Positions 10,458 to 23,977 are shown, counted from the first letter of the stretch. The stretch: DNA of 64,000 nt from Chrysemys picta bellii (GCF_011386835.1 NC_088813.1:10044001-10108000), one strand, 5' to 3'. A program made the numbers and translations. The notes: generated by a model from the sequence alone, not told the origin.

Positions 10458-13400
10458 TCAGTGTCTGATCATTCTGTTTTTTTCTATCATTTCAGCCAAT
10501 TTGCCTGGTACTCAAGTTTGTTTTACCAGCCAGTAATTGCCCGGATTGCCTTTGGAGACCTTTTTTTTTAACTCCGTGTTTCATTAGCTACCCTCCAGTC
10601 ATCTGGTACAGAAGCTTATTGTAAGTAATAGGTTACATACACAGTTAGTAGTTCTGCAATTTCATATGAGTTTCTTCAGAACTCTTGGGTGAATCCCATC
10701 TGGTCCTCATGATTTATTACTGTTCAAATTATCAATTTGTTCCAAACCCTCCTCTATTGACTCCTCAATCTGAGACAGTTCCTCAGATTTATCACCTAAA
10801 AAGAATCTTCCTCACATCCTCTGCAGTGAAGACTGATGCAAAAAATTCATTTAGCTTCTCTGCAATGGCCTTGTCTTCCTTGACTGCTCCTTTAGCACCT
10901 CAATCGTCCAGTGGCCACGCTGGCTGTTTGGCAGGCTTCTTGCTTCTGATATACTTTAAAAAAAAATTGCAGTTGGCGCTTGTCTTTTGCTAGCTGCGTT
11001 TCAAATTCTTTTTTGGCCTTCCTAATTATACTTTGACTTGCTAGCTTCATGTTCCTTTCTATTTTCCTCAGTAGGATTGAATTTTAGTTTTTAAAATATA
11101 CCTTTGTTTCCTCACTGTCTCTTTTATTCTGTTTAGCCATGGTGGCATTTTTTGGGTCCTCTTACTGTTGTGGAGGGGTTTATTATTATTATTTGGGGCA
11201 TACATATAGTTTGACCTTCTGTTATGGTGTTTTTAAAAAGTTTCCATGCAGTTTGCAGGCATTACACTTTTGTGACTGTTCCTTTTTCATTTCTGTTTAA
11301 CCAGCCTCCTTATTTTTTGTCTAGTTCCCATTTTTTGAAGTTGCATGCTACCATGGAGGGTTTCTTTGGCATTTTCCTCCTACAAGGATGTTAATTTTAA
11401 TTACATTACGCTTGCTATTACCAAGCGGTTCATTATATTCACCTCTTGGACCAGATTCTGTGCGCCACTTCAGACTAAATCAAGAATTGCCTCCCCGCTT
11501 GTGGGTTCCAAGACGAGCTCCTCCAGGAAGCAGTCCTGAATGGTGTCTGAACTCTTATCTCTGCATCCCGGCCTGAGGTGACACGTTCCCAGTCAATATG
11601 GGGATAGTTGAAATCCCCCATTATTACTGGGTTTTCTGGGGTTTTTTTGTAGCCTCTCTAATCTCCCTGAGCATTTCACACAAGATGCTGTGCAGATAGG
11701 GTGAAGTCCTAGCCCCAGTTAAGTCCATGGCAAAACTCCCATTGACTTCTGTGGTATCAAGATTTTACCCATAGCGCCTTATCCTGCTTTTGGACCTTAC
11801 TAAACTATTTGCCTCATTCATCCCCTGCAGCAGCAAGCCCGCAGATTAAATGCACACGATGTGCGTATCTCCCTTCCTTTATGTCGCTGCTCTCTCTGGA
11901 TTCCCTCACCTCCCAGTGACTGCCCTGAAGTCAAGGGATGAGCACAGCCCAACCTCCATTTCCAGGCAGCCTGGATCAGTATTTGCTGGGAGCAGCCATG
12001 TCTTTGGAGATCTCCGATTCTCACTCCCCTCCCCTTCCCAGCCAGGAGGCCCTCTCTTGGAGCAGCGGGGCACCTATTGATATTATCCCTCTGAACCAGA
12101 GCCTCTTCCCCTGGGAGACCCCATGGTCCACTTGACTACCCCAAGGGAGGGCGGGGGAGGCTGCAGATCCAGGATTATTTCAATTCTCCTGCTTCCTTAA
12201 AGGCTGCTTCTAATCTGCACGAAGCAGCATGAGGGTCCCTAGTTATTCCTCAGACTATTGCGTCTTCGATAAGAGGGGGAAGAGTGGCAGCACCCAAAGG
12301 ATGACTGTTCAAGGCAATGGTGAGCCCCCAGCTTGGGCTGGCTCCAGTAGCAACAGGGGGCTTTGTGGCCGGAGCTGCGCTGCCAGGGTGCCCGGAGGAG
12401 GTAGAAACCAGTGCAGAGGCCTCTCGGGACTTGGCTTCTCCAGATTATACCCCAAGATCTGTTTGGATCTCCAGGGAGCCACTGACTAGGGGGCGGGGAG
12501 GTAAATGACATCACAATGCTCAAGAGACAGGTGAAGAGGGAGCCCCCTCTACTGGGGACAATGTGCTCCAAGCTATGAAGTTCAGTACCAGATCCCTGCC
12601 TTCCCAGCATGCAAAGGGTTTTTGAACCCATCTCCAAGTCAGGCTCTAGTAACAACTGGGAAATACCAGTGGGATTCGGCATCAGTAGCAGAAGGCGACG
12701 CGACGATACCAGAGACAAAATGACAATTAGTCCTTCTGCTTGTCCGAGTTCTGAGCTAGGGCAGAACCTGATGCCTTGAGCCAATTGCCTGTGCACAGGG
12801 GGAGGGACCTTTCTGTGCCGCATATGGCCTGGGGCAAGATGGGGGGCCTTTTGCCTTCCTCAGAAGCAGGATTGCCCCAACTGTGTCCAGATGTGAGCCC
12901 TGTGGGTAACTCACCAGTAGCCCTGCTCAGTTGCATGACATTGAGCAGCTTGCAGTCACTGGGACTTTTAAGCAGAGCTGCAGCCTGTGGTAAATATAGA
13001 TCCCAGCAAGAGATTCTCAATTCCATGCCAACAGAGGGAGCCAAATGTGACTACCTGCTCCCAGACACCAGTAGTCATCCATGGGGATCAAAGAAGGGAC
13101 CTTCGGTGCAAGCCATTACCCAGTACCGTATTTGAGGGTAAACGCAGGTAAATGGAGTTGACCCACTTCTCCTTTGGGGAATGGGGCAGGTACCCACTTT
13201 TCACGCAAGGAATAAAGCGTTTGCTCCCTCCTTCTCTCCTGTGAGAAGCAAATCCTGGCTGCAGGACCACTCAACCAAGGTGCCCGTTGTCTCAGCAACA
13301 GATCAGTCATGGAAATCGTGGCCTGCAAAAATCTGCAACGAGCCATCCTGGGCTACTTCCCATGTGGCTTGACTGAATACATTTGCCAACCATTAATCGC

Positions 13401-13607
13401 GTACAATATTTTTTAAAATTTATTTTTACAACGTTATGTACCTTACTTTAAATTGGGCTTAGGCTAGTAAGGGCATCGCTGCACACCCTTCGTGCCTACC
13501 TTGCCACTGCCCGGCCTGCAACACCAAAAAGGTTACTTTAGCCACTTCATTTTTTGTACCACTATCCCACCACCCTTACCACTTGAGCTACAGGAGCAAA
13601 TGTGTGA

Positions 13608-14035
13608 GGTTACGTCTACATTGTACAGCCCTGGCACTGGGGGTAGTGCGCATGTAGCTACACAGCAGACCGAAAAGCAAGCTGTGTCCCTGCTGCAGTG
13701 TGTAGCTACACGCAGCAGGGAAAGACTATCAAGACTCCGGGAAAGACTCCGGCAGCTGATGGAGCCGTTCCCTGCTGTCTTCCCCTCCCCGAGCCTTTCC
13801 CTGTTGCCAGAGTCTTTCGCGGCAGTGGGGAAAGGCTCCTGCAACAGGGAGGCAGCGGGACACGACACTGCTAAAAATAGATGTGTAGACAGGGCAGGCA
13901 CTGCTTGGGCTTGTAGAGAGCTGTGTCGGGTACGTACCCACAGGCGTGTCTTTACTCACCTAAGCAGTACCTCACCATCTACACTGCTATTTATACCTGC
14001 ACTGGGGGGGGGTGCAGTGTAGTATTCGACATGCC
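13608..14035. mobile_element. Harbinger-type MITE (degenerate right TIR)
   Basis: Starts ggttacgtctacattg and ends gcagtgtag..gacatgcc; internal inverted repeats. Confidence 0.6.
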
Positions 14036-16339
14036 ACCAGATTTGTGCCATGTAGAGTTGCAAATAGCAGGCTGTTGTAGCAGGGCTCAGCCACTGGAGG
14101 GAGACATGGTAACAGACCTAGGAAAGGACTGTTCTAGTTGCATTCTGGAGCTCGCACTCTGTAGGCGGCATCTGTGTATTAGAACTGGGATCAGCTGTAG
14201 GACCAGGATAGTGAACGCTGAGCTACACTCGACCCACAACCACGGTTGGACCACTATTGGTCTGAGGCATCAGGTCCAGGGTACTGCTGGATTAGACGGA
14301 CCGACGGTCCGATTGGGTATAGCAAACCCTATGTTTCTCACACCTATTGGAAGGCAGATTGGGCATCCCTGGACCTCTTGGTAATGCATGTGATCAGTGG
14401 GGCAGTAGCTTGTTGCTGTTATTATTTTATACTGATATTGCGGTAGGGCCTAGCTGCCTCTACCACGTCTGGGCCCCGTTTCCCAAGGTGCTGCACAGAT
14501 ATATAGCCGGCCTATACACATACATGTGCTGTTAATGAATGTGGCATTGGAAGATGGAAAAAATAGCCTTTCTGGCTGCAGATGCAAGGCCTGTAAGATG
14601 AAAGATTCCTCCATCTCTTCCCAGCGCGGCTTTCTCTTAGTCGTCCAGCTGAGAGTGACATGTGGCCCCGGAGCACCCTGTAATAGACAATCTGTTTGGT
14701 GTATTGGCAGCACATGGTTATCCTGAGACTAAAGTCCTGGTCCAAAAGTTTGTCCAAACTGGCTTCCTCCCAAGCTGATTTCTATGCCAGGCGTTCAAGG
14801 AGAGTTTATGCTCTGCAGATGTCTAAGGGGTGGACTTGGTGGAGGTGGAGTTTCTTATGTGGGGGGAGGGTCAGTTGTTTGCTTTGATACAACACGCTTG
14901 AAGCATGAGTTTCCCTTCGCAAAGCCGCGGATGGTTGAGTATTCAAGTGGTGTTTACAAGGGGAGCGTGTTTTTTTTTTTGTCAAGTCCTTCATTGCGGG
15001 GAAACAGATGGGATTTGATTTTATGGCAGCTCCAGGGAGCCGAGAATAACAGCCCTGAAATCAGTGCTGAGGCAGTGGAAAAGCACAAGAAAAACACCTT
15101 TGTATCCATCTGGACACTGAAATGAGGAAATATGGCTTGACATGCAGAATAAGCACAAGTGTGACATGCCTTCTGGATGACAGGCCAGTCATATGACGGC
15201 CCTATGTTCGTATTATTACAGTAAGCGCCTAGCTCTCTGCGGGGACCACCGCATAATGAATGTTAACATTACTGTTACTAATAGTATTTATTAAGCTCAT
15301 GGAGCATGTCTAATTCACCCTCCGATTAGGTTTTTCCCAATTATCTTTTGCTGCTGCTTGGCTTTTTGGCTCCGATCCATAGGTCCACCAACTTACTGGA
15401 GGGTACGTCCAATACAGCTCCCACCAGTGCAGAATATCAAGCCTTTTCTCCAGGGTTTTGTTTATTGACAAAGCAATTCAGTGTCAACTCAAACCACCCC
15501 AGAGCCTGCTGTCTGCCCTTTTTTAACGCCTCGTCCCATTGATGTTTCTAGCACTACTCCCTGCTGGTTATCTTCCCTACCAGACTTTCCACCTGGCTGG
15601 TCCCAGGTCCTTCACCTGATCTCACCTCTGCCTATTTGAGCAGGTGCTAGGCTCCCTCTTCCAGGAAGGACTGCCTCCAAGCTGTCACATGACCCTGTCT
15701 TGGTCACCTGACTCAGCCCATCAGCCAGAGCTTTGCATGTACCAGGGTCCTGTTCCACCCCCTCCCGCTGATGTCCAGCTTCTCCGAGCTTTGTGAACTG
15801 GGTGCAAATGGCCCATTCCTCCCTGCATAGCCAGGTTTGCAGTGTCCAGCAAATAAAGGGTCTCTGAGTTATATGTGCCACCCACACTGACACTGCAGGC
15901 AGTGTGCATCCCCTGGGCGGTACAGACTTCTTGCGCAGTTGAATGCTCTCTGCCATCGGCTTCGGCCCGAGGCGCGTTGCGCAACTGTCCAGAAAAACCC
16001 TGCCTGCCGCATCCTGTGTTCTGATAGCCATCCCCGAGGCTTGGGAAATAACCCAGCCGTTCCCCCGCGTAGAGATCATAAATAACATCCGCCGTAAATC
16101 AAGCTGTTTCCTGCAGAACAGGACTGGCAGCCCCAGCACGAAGACTGGGAAAAGGGGCCTTGCAGCCAGCCCTTTCTGTTCCCACAAGCAGTTCCACGGG
16201 TGGAGGCGGGGAGGGGATGAGTTAGGTGGATATTGGAACTGTCTTGGGCTAATAACTGAGCTGTTTGTAGCTCTACACCACTGGAGATGTGTGACCCCTC
16301 CTGTGATCTGCTGAGGACAGGAATGAATGCTAGAGTGGA

Positions 16340-16560
16340 GGGCAGAAAACAGAGGCGCAGTGTTGTCTAGTGGTGTACGGAGGTCTGGGTTCTGTTCCTG
16401 GCTCTGTCCCTGACCTGCTGTGTGACCTTGGGCAAGTCACTGCCTCACTCTGGGCCTCAGTTTCCCCTCCTGCCTTGTCTATTTGGATTGTCAGCTCTTT
16501 GGGGCAGAGGCTGTCTCTGTGCGGCACCTAGAACAATGGTGGCCTGATTTCGGTTGGGTC
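16340..16560 (+). mobile_element. MIR-type SINE with L2-like tail
   Basis: Core ctgtgtgaccttgggcaagtcactgcctcactctgggcctcagtttcccc, followed by an agctctttggggcagagg tail. Confidence 0.65.
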
Positions 16561-19500
16561 AAGTCTGAGCTCAGTCGTGACAAAAGGGAGGCAACGCTAT
16601 CTAATTGCTCTCGGCAGTGGTGTGTGACAGTGGTAAAGAGTCACTTTTCATCTTTCTCTGCCGCATTTCCCTTGGGGGTTGGGGGGGAATCGTACTGTCA
16701 GCGCCAGCGGCTGCCTGCAGTTTCCCCACATCCTGGGTCGTGCTGCGTCACGCGGGGGCTCTGACTGTGACTTACCAGCACCGGCCTAGCCCAAGCAGGG
16801 GCCGTGAGCTTTCCCTTCGCCTTCGCTCTAGGGCTCGTGCGGAATCCTTTGTCTCCATCCTCCGCCTCAAGCCCTGCTCTGGCAGTGGGGGGATCCCTGG
16901 ACCGGCCCTGAGGTGATCGATGAAGGGATGGGGGAATCATGAGCTCTGGGCTAGCCCTGAGGTGATGGGGTTGGGGCGGGAGGGAAGCGGGAAATTTGAG
17001 CTTCTCCGTGATCTAAAGCGATAGCCCGTATGTAAGTCTGTTGGGCTCTGGGAGAAGCCCTTTGGCAGGCAGTGGCGCACGGCGGGCGTGTTGGAGGGAG
17101 AAGGGTTCTGAGCACGAAGGCCCTTGCTCCTCTGAATCGCAGGAAGGACTGGTCCGTGGGAAGTTAGCCAGGTCAGCAGCCCTGGAGCGGCCGCGGTTGT
17201 GGCTGGGGGGGTGAGACGGCAGAGCTGGCTGCTCCCTGCCAACCCGGCTCTCTGAGGGCAGAGGGAGCCCCTCTGGATCCCTTCGATCCCGCTGGAAGAG
17301 GGTTTTTTCCTCTTCTGAAAGCCCAACAGTACCACCTGGTGGGCAGCTCCTGTCACACAGCCTGCGCTTCACCTGGCCGCAAAGGGAGTCGGTCCCCAGC
17401 TAGGCCCAGGTGCTTTCTCCCCCCTCGGCTTGATTGACAGCTGCTGAACCAGGCCAGCCGTCCAAGAAGGCACCAAAAAGACGCCCCCAGCTCCAGCTCT
17501 TGGGAGGGCCAATACTCCTGCTTCTGGGCCTGATGGAGCTGGCCACCATCCTGCCATATGGAAACTAACGGTTAAAAATAACCAAGGGTGAAGCTGCGGC
17601 AATCCCAGGTTAGGCCTTGGGGGGCTGGGGGAGCTGCATGTCTCCCATTGTGGGCAGGCCCCTTGCTAGGATCATCTGGGTACATCTCACTAAATCAATT
17701 TGCTGCCCTTGCAGGGCCTCAGAGGTTGGTGCACCTCAGTCCTTCCTGTTCTCTGCCTGTGGCTTGCAGTAGTCAGTCTCCTGAGGGCTGTAATACTGTG
17801 GTCTAATTCTGGGGGTTGGCTTGGTGTGGGGGTGGTGGGTAGAAGCCTGTGAGATACAGGTGATCAGAATGGATGATCAGGTGGTCCCTTCTGGCCATAA
17901 ACATTCTGAGGCCGGATGAGAAGTGGGGGTGCGGTAGGAGTTGGGGGGTTCGGGGATTGTTCTCTACTCACAAACCTCATGAACAGATCCAGAAAATATC
18001 ATTCATTTCACTTTCCCCACGCTGATTGAGGGGAGGGGAGGGGAGGGGAGGGGAGCGGAGCAAGCGCAAGGCAGAAAAGAGGGACGGCAAGGAGAGAGGG
18101 AGCAGAGACAAGGGGGGGGAAAGAGAGAGAGGGCTGCGTTTGGAGAGGCACGTTCCTAGCAGCGTGGCACACGTTGCTGTACTCGCTACAGGCCCTGGGG
18201 CACCATCCGTCACCGACATGCAGCTGCACTTCACCAGCCTAGAGTAAAGCAAACCCAGTTCCCACGTACAGGGAATCAATCTCCCACCGTGCTCACTGCC
18301 CACGGAGGCCTCCTTTGTTTGTCCAGATGTGGAGTTCATGCTGTATCCCATCAAAGGTAATCCGACTGCAGGCCAGCAATCCAATCGCTTGTAACCTGAG
18401 CTCTTAGACAGATGTCTGGAGCTCCCCGGTACGTCAGGCTGTTCTCTGAGTGCAGAGGCAGGGGAGCTCTAGATGATGCTCTCCTCGCTCTGTATGGCCA
18501 GTGGCTATTGCTTGCCTGTCCTTTTTGTAAAAAAGTCATAACTTCATAATGTAGCATTTTGCAGCCGTATTTTTCCAAGGTGCCGAACAGTGGGTCTGTA
18601 TTGTTACCCAAGAAGAGGAAACTGAGGCATAGAGAAGTTAAGTGACTTGCCCAAGGTCACGTAGGCCAGATTCCAATGGGAGTGACTTTGAGGATCTGAG
18701 CCTAACTGCTCAGCACACCCCCAACTGGGGCCAGATTTTCGTGAGCTCAGCCACCTCCGACACCTAAACTAGGGCCAGACTTTCCAAAGAGCTCAGCACC
18801 CAGGGGCCTGGTCCTGACGGTGGGTGCTAATCTCTTGCACAAACACCGGCCGTGGTAAAGAGAGAGCAGTGCTGGGTTCAGTGACTCCTAGCCGTACCCT
18901 CAGTCCACTCAATCACACCGAGATCCCGTAAACCACGATCCACTTGGTCACAAGAGGAACCCTCAACAAACAGGCCCGGGACAGAGCCTCAGCTGATGAA
19001 AATCCACCATGGGCCACCAAAGTCGGTGGGCCTACAGCTGGCGGGGGGGGGGGGGTCTGGCTCCAGGGTGGACCCTTCATTCCTGCAGTAGCCTCTTAAA
19101 GGTACAGAGCTGTGTTCCTAAGGGAAAGCTCGAAGCAAAAAAGGAAGTCGGATATCCGTGCCAGCACTGTCCTGCCAACAAAGGGTTAAAGCATTTGCAA
19201 GAGGTGAAGCAAGGAAGGTTCAGCACAGGTGCCTTGTCCTGCCAAACCATAGGAAGCTGCAGCCTGACTTCATGCTGCTTCTGGTTTTTGCTGCTGTTGG
19301 AAAAACCTTGACCAGGGGGCGTGGAGAGGGAGTCAAACTTCTGCTTGTAGAAATATCCGGGCGGGCGGCGAGAGCATTGTCTGGATTGCTCTCTTTCCTC
19401 CCAACGATGTTCTAAAGCTCTTATATCATGGCCCCGGCTTGGCACGTGTCTGTTGATTGGGCTGGGATGGATGATTGTGTTTTGGAAGAGGAAGCCTCTT

Positions 19501-20187
19501 TAGCTGTGCATTGGCTCTCACCAAGGGCATCTCGTGCACAGAGAGAGAGAGAGAGAGAGAGGGGAAGTGGAGATGGAGATGGAGCTCACGTTAACCACGG
19601 GGTTGGCATGGAGCCGGAGCTGCGTGGCGCCCCCATCGCTGGTAAGATCAGCAGCAAGAGTGATGCCCATGCGAACAAAGCCCTCAGCAGGCACCTCCTT
19701 GACTCCAGGATCAAGGCTGGGAAAATCACTCCCCTGTGGACACGGCTTCAGGGGCCTTTTGTCGGTCGACATGCCAGCAGGCTGTGTGTGCTCTGTCCAA
19801 TAGCCCCCATCCATGTCCTGGGCATTTGCAGGGGGAGGATGCACCCCACCTCTGATCAGCCCTTGTCTTTCCAGAGCACGGCCCTGCCCTCCTGCTCTGG
19901 CATCACAGCGCTTGCTGTCAGGCCCATGGCTGAGTTGGCCTGTAGTTACCCAGGCTCATCTCAGCCAGAGCCATGGTCCAGTCAGAACTATGGAGCAGCC
20001 TGGAGCTGGCCCCTCTGCTCTGGGTGGCTCAGGCGCAAGGTAACAGGACAAGGAGTCTCTCGGGCCTAGTTCTAGCTTAGTCCTGCCCCAAAGTGACTGT
20101 GACACTTTCACCAGGCAGCTGTTACTGGGTCTCGGTCCAGTTTCGCTTGGGGGAAGGGCGAGAGCGTCCTTGTCTGTGTGTGTGTCT

Positions 20188-20220
<33 letters not shown>

Positions 20221-20743
20221 GGCTACAGCGGGGGCAGCCGTGACCCAGAAGCCATGGAGCAAAGGGCATGATTGGCATGACGGGGTGGTTGGGGGGCGGG
20301 AGGGGAGCGTTCTGGGGCTGTGATTCAGGCAAGTCACTTCCTGTCTCTGTGCCTCGGTTTTCCCCAGCTGTAAAATGGGAGCAGTGTCATCACTCCCATG
20401 GCATAGGGGCCTGACCCTGCAGCAGAGGAGCAGGGCCCCAGGAGGGCTGGCTGGCTGGCTCAAGGAATGGGTGTGAAGTGCAGTGAAATCCCTGTGTGGG
20501 ATTGCTAGGGCAGGGCACAGTGTCACTGATTCAGTTGCTGTTACTAGGGGCAGGTTCTTTTCATCCTGCTCACTTTATCACCAGCTCCCCATGCCCCCTC
20601 CCCCAGCCCTGCTGCCCCAGATGGGTTCCCTCCCTTCCCAGGATCCCTCCATAGTGCTGGGGTCCTCTGCCTGTGGTTTCTCAATACTCCAATCTCACAG
20701 CTGCCTTTCCCCTCCTGTCTCCATCTGTCCCCATTGTGCACTG

Positions 20744-20867
20744 TAGGGTGACCAGACAGCAAGTGTGAAAAATCGGGACAGAGGGTGGGGGGTAATAGGA
20801 GCCTATATAAGAAAAAGACCCAAAAATCGGGACTGTCCCTATAAAATCAGGACATCTGGTCACCCTA
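20744..20867. mobile_element. hAT (Blackjack-type) MITE, 124 bp
   Basis: TIR tagggtgaccaga / tctggtcacccta; perfect 8-bp TSD gtgcactg. Confidence 0.92.
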
Positions 20868-21740
20868 GTGCACTGCTAACCAGTTAAGTCTGCCCAGGGT
20901 CGCTTGAGCTGTTCTGCAGCGACTCTCTGCCCACAGAGATCTGCTGTGTGTGGAGCCAGCTGTGTGGGAGGCGAGCAGCGTCGCGTGCCAGGGGATTGTG
21001 GCCTCAGCCTCTGGGAACAGCAGAGAGACAAAGCAGTGGTGTGTGAGCCAGATTCCAACAGCAGGGAGCTGGGGCACACGCAGCAGAAACAATGGAAACG
21101 TTTCTGTACCGCAACCCTTTCCCCCCACGCCCCTGGGCCCAGAGGGGAAGGCAGCGGCTTGGATAACGGCTCAACAAATCTCCCTGGGGTTGTTCGCTGG
21201 TCTCTGGAGGGTGTCTCCATCCCATCCCTATCGGCTAGGACAGAGGGGACACCAGCCTAGGGATTCACTCCACCTGCTTCCTCTTGGCCTTTCTCAGGCC
21301 CTAGCTCTCCCCAGCAGCCAGATCTAATGCATGACCCAGGGGGACAGACTTGGCTGCACCAGGCTAAACCCTCCCTCCCCCCCCCCCCCCGCCACTTCTT
21401 TCACTTCCCATCTCCCAGGCCGTCCCCCAACTCTTTGTTGGCACAGAACATGCCTGCTAAATCCGGAGGGGTTTTCCCTGCAGAGCTGGGAATAACCAGT
21501 TTTAGGAGACCTGGCAAGGGGCGCAGTCTGCCCCGCCCCAAGGCACAGCATGTGTTGCTGTAAAACAATAACCAGCTATGGGAGAAACTGCACTTGGCAC
21601 AATCCTTCTCAAGGGAAAAGTCCATGCTCCTCATGGAGAGGCTCACGACAGTATCCAAGCACCTCAGTCATTAATGTATTTAATCCTCCCGGTGAGGGAG
21701 AAGTATTATCCCCACTCCCTCAATGGAGTAAATTAAGAAT

Positions 21741-22144
21741 CAGTGGTTCTCAACCAGCGGTACACGTACTTCCAGGGGTAGACAGAGGTCTTTGAGGGGG
21801 TATATCGACTCCTCTAGATATTTGCCTAGTTCTACAACAGGCTACATAAAAAGCACTAGGAAAGTCAGTACAATCTAAAATTTCATACAGACAATGACTT
21901 GTTTATACTGCTCTATATACTGAGATGTAAGTACAATATTTATATTCCAATTGATTTATTTTATAATTATATGGTAAAAATGAGAGTCGACAATTTTTCA
22001 CTAATAACATGCTGACACTGGTTTGTATTTTTATGTCTGATTGTTGTAAGCAAGTAGTTTTTAAGGGAGGTGAAACTTGGAGTACACAAGACATATCAGA
22101 CTCCTGAAAGGGGTACAATAGTCCAGAAAGGTTGAGAACCACTG
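21741..22144. mobile_element. hAT (Charlie-type) MITE inserted in a MIR
   Basis: Perfect TIR cagtggttctcaacc / ggttgagaaccactg. MIR sequence resumes on both sides; the TSD is imperfect. Confidence 0.85.
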
Positions 22145-23977
22145 AATTAAGTGGCTTGCCTCAAGTAACACAGGAAATCACTGTCTGAGCCAGGAATCAA
22201 ACCCAGGTCTCCTGTTGGCTAGTCCACTGCCCGAGCTTCTAGGCCAGCCTTCCTGCCCTATGTGGCTAATCCCCAGAACCATCACTTTTAAAAAAGTGTC
22301 TTTCGTAGCACTGCAGGAACGGTTAGGATTAATTTACAAAGTTGCTAATCAGAGGCAGGATAGGACAGAGAGAATGCAGCTTCTGCACATGAAACTGCTG
22401 GACATCAGCGTTTCAACGTTGTAAATTCTGGCTTTGGGCGGCAAGTCAGTTAGTTTAACAGCATTGCCTAATAGTTTCCTCTGTTTCTCCTCAGAAAGAA
22501 ACAATAAGATCAGTGGAGCAAATAACCCCCTTTTAATTTGTCTGGTTATAAGGCAAAAATTTTACCCCAAAACTGAAAAAGGGCCAGAGACCCTCACCAA
22601 GTCCACTAAGAACATTGCTTGTTGCTACGGATTTTATGTGGATGGTGCCCAGACGCTGCGGTGATGGGCAGCAGTATAAAACACTAATATTACAGTGCCA
22701 CCGATAGGCTCCAATCAAGATCAGGGTCCCATTGTGCTAGATGTTTTACATACCCCTAGTAAGAGACAGTCCCTTCCCTGATAAAGAGATGAGGGCACTA
22801 GACAAAGAACATATTATTATCCGTAATGTACCGATCGGCAAACTACATCAAATGACTTGCCGAAAGGCACATAGCAAATCAGTAGCAAAGCCAAGAAATG
22901 AACCTAGATCTCCTGAGTCCCAATCCAGTGCTTTAACCACCCCAGCCCCTTCTTCTCAAGGCCCAGGACTTCAAAGGAAATGGTCCAGAATGTCCATGAA
23001 TCTATAATAACCCTTCCCGCACCCACCTCTTGCACATTTGCCTCTGGGCTAACTCCCTGCTCATAGGCCTCATATGTACTCATCTTTCTATTCCCCTGCA
23101 AAAGCTGTGTCCTTGGACTGTATCAATGTATTACTCACCATCTGTCATTTCATCACTGCCAAAATCTTTGTGCAGCAGATAAACCTATGGCTGTGTCATT
23201 AAAGCGAGTTCTTACACTGCCCCCTTGTGTCACCACATAGACATGAACGTGGTTTCAACATCTGCAAACAGCTGTATGGAAGGAAGTGCAGATTCTTTGC
23301 ATTCCACTTTCCTAGCATCCCATGTTGCGTGCAACCTGTAGGCTTTGTTATTAATATTCAGTATTAGGCCTGTCTGTTTTAAATCAACGTAGTGTCTGGT
23401 TGTTTTTTTTTTTGCATTGTTTTCACACCAAACATTAATGAATGGGAGAATTTCACATCTTTGCCCAAACCTTTCTGAGAAAACAACATTAAATGTCAGC
23501 GTTAAGAATTTAACAGTTCCCATGCATCTCACAACCCTGTGATCCAGCCTCGTCACATTTTGTTTAGCAGGACAGCCTTTGGTCTGCCATTGTCCATCTG
23601 AATGCGGCTGCAGGCTGTTTGCCTACAGGCATTGTGATATACAAAAGTCACAAAAGGACTTTGGAACAACCGAAGTGGAGATGTCCCAAATAATCATCCC
23701 AGTTTTTACATGAGATGCCGCCCCCCACCCCCACCCCAGGGGCATGCTGGGTACACCTGGTGGAGGAAATTTTGCATCCATTTTTAAAATGAGAACCAGA
23801 GGGGGGAAATTGCAACACGTTTTGTGGAGGGTGGGCTAGTTCTAGTCTGTTCTGTGTGAGTCTCTAGTCAAACCACATATGTTCAGTAAAGCTACCGCTA
23901 CTTCTTTACCTGAACCGGTGATCCAGGGCATGGTCTTCCAAGGTGCTGAGTGCCCCAGGGAGCTGCTCAGCTCTCTG

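Larger units (their letters stand above)
8918..11690 (-). mobile_element. Decayed CR1 LINE (endonuclease/RT remnants and 3' end), with two nested MITEs
   Basis: 3' tail acataagaac. ORF pieces read KYFFTQRTILLWNWLP, LEYCVQFWSPH and LQRDLTKLGDWATKWQMKFSVAKCEVMH, typical of CR1 ORF2. Confidence 0.9.

Noticed and set aside
19009-20069. Plus-strand ORFs of 100 and 213 aa, one with a perfect ccaccATGG context
   Set aside because: They cross a poly-G run and an (AG)n microsatellite and show no homology; not supportable as CDS.
12913-23910. Additional strong minus-strand donors (near 12.9, 23.1 and 23.9 kb)
   Set aside because: They could not be joined in frame to the candidate gene without over-fitting; consensus donors occur by chance at this frequency.
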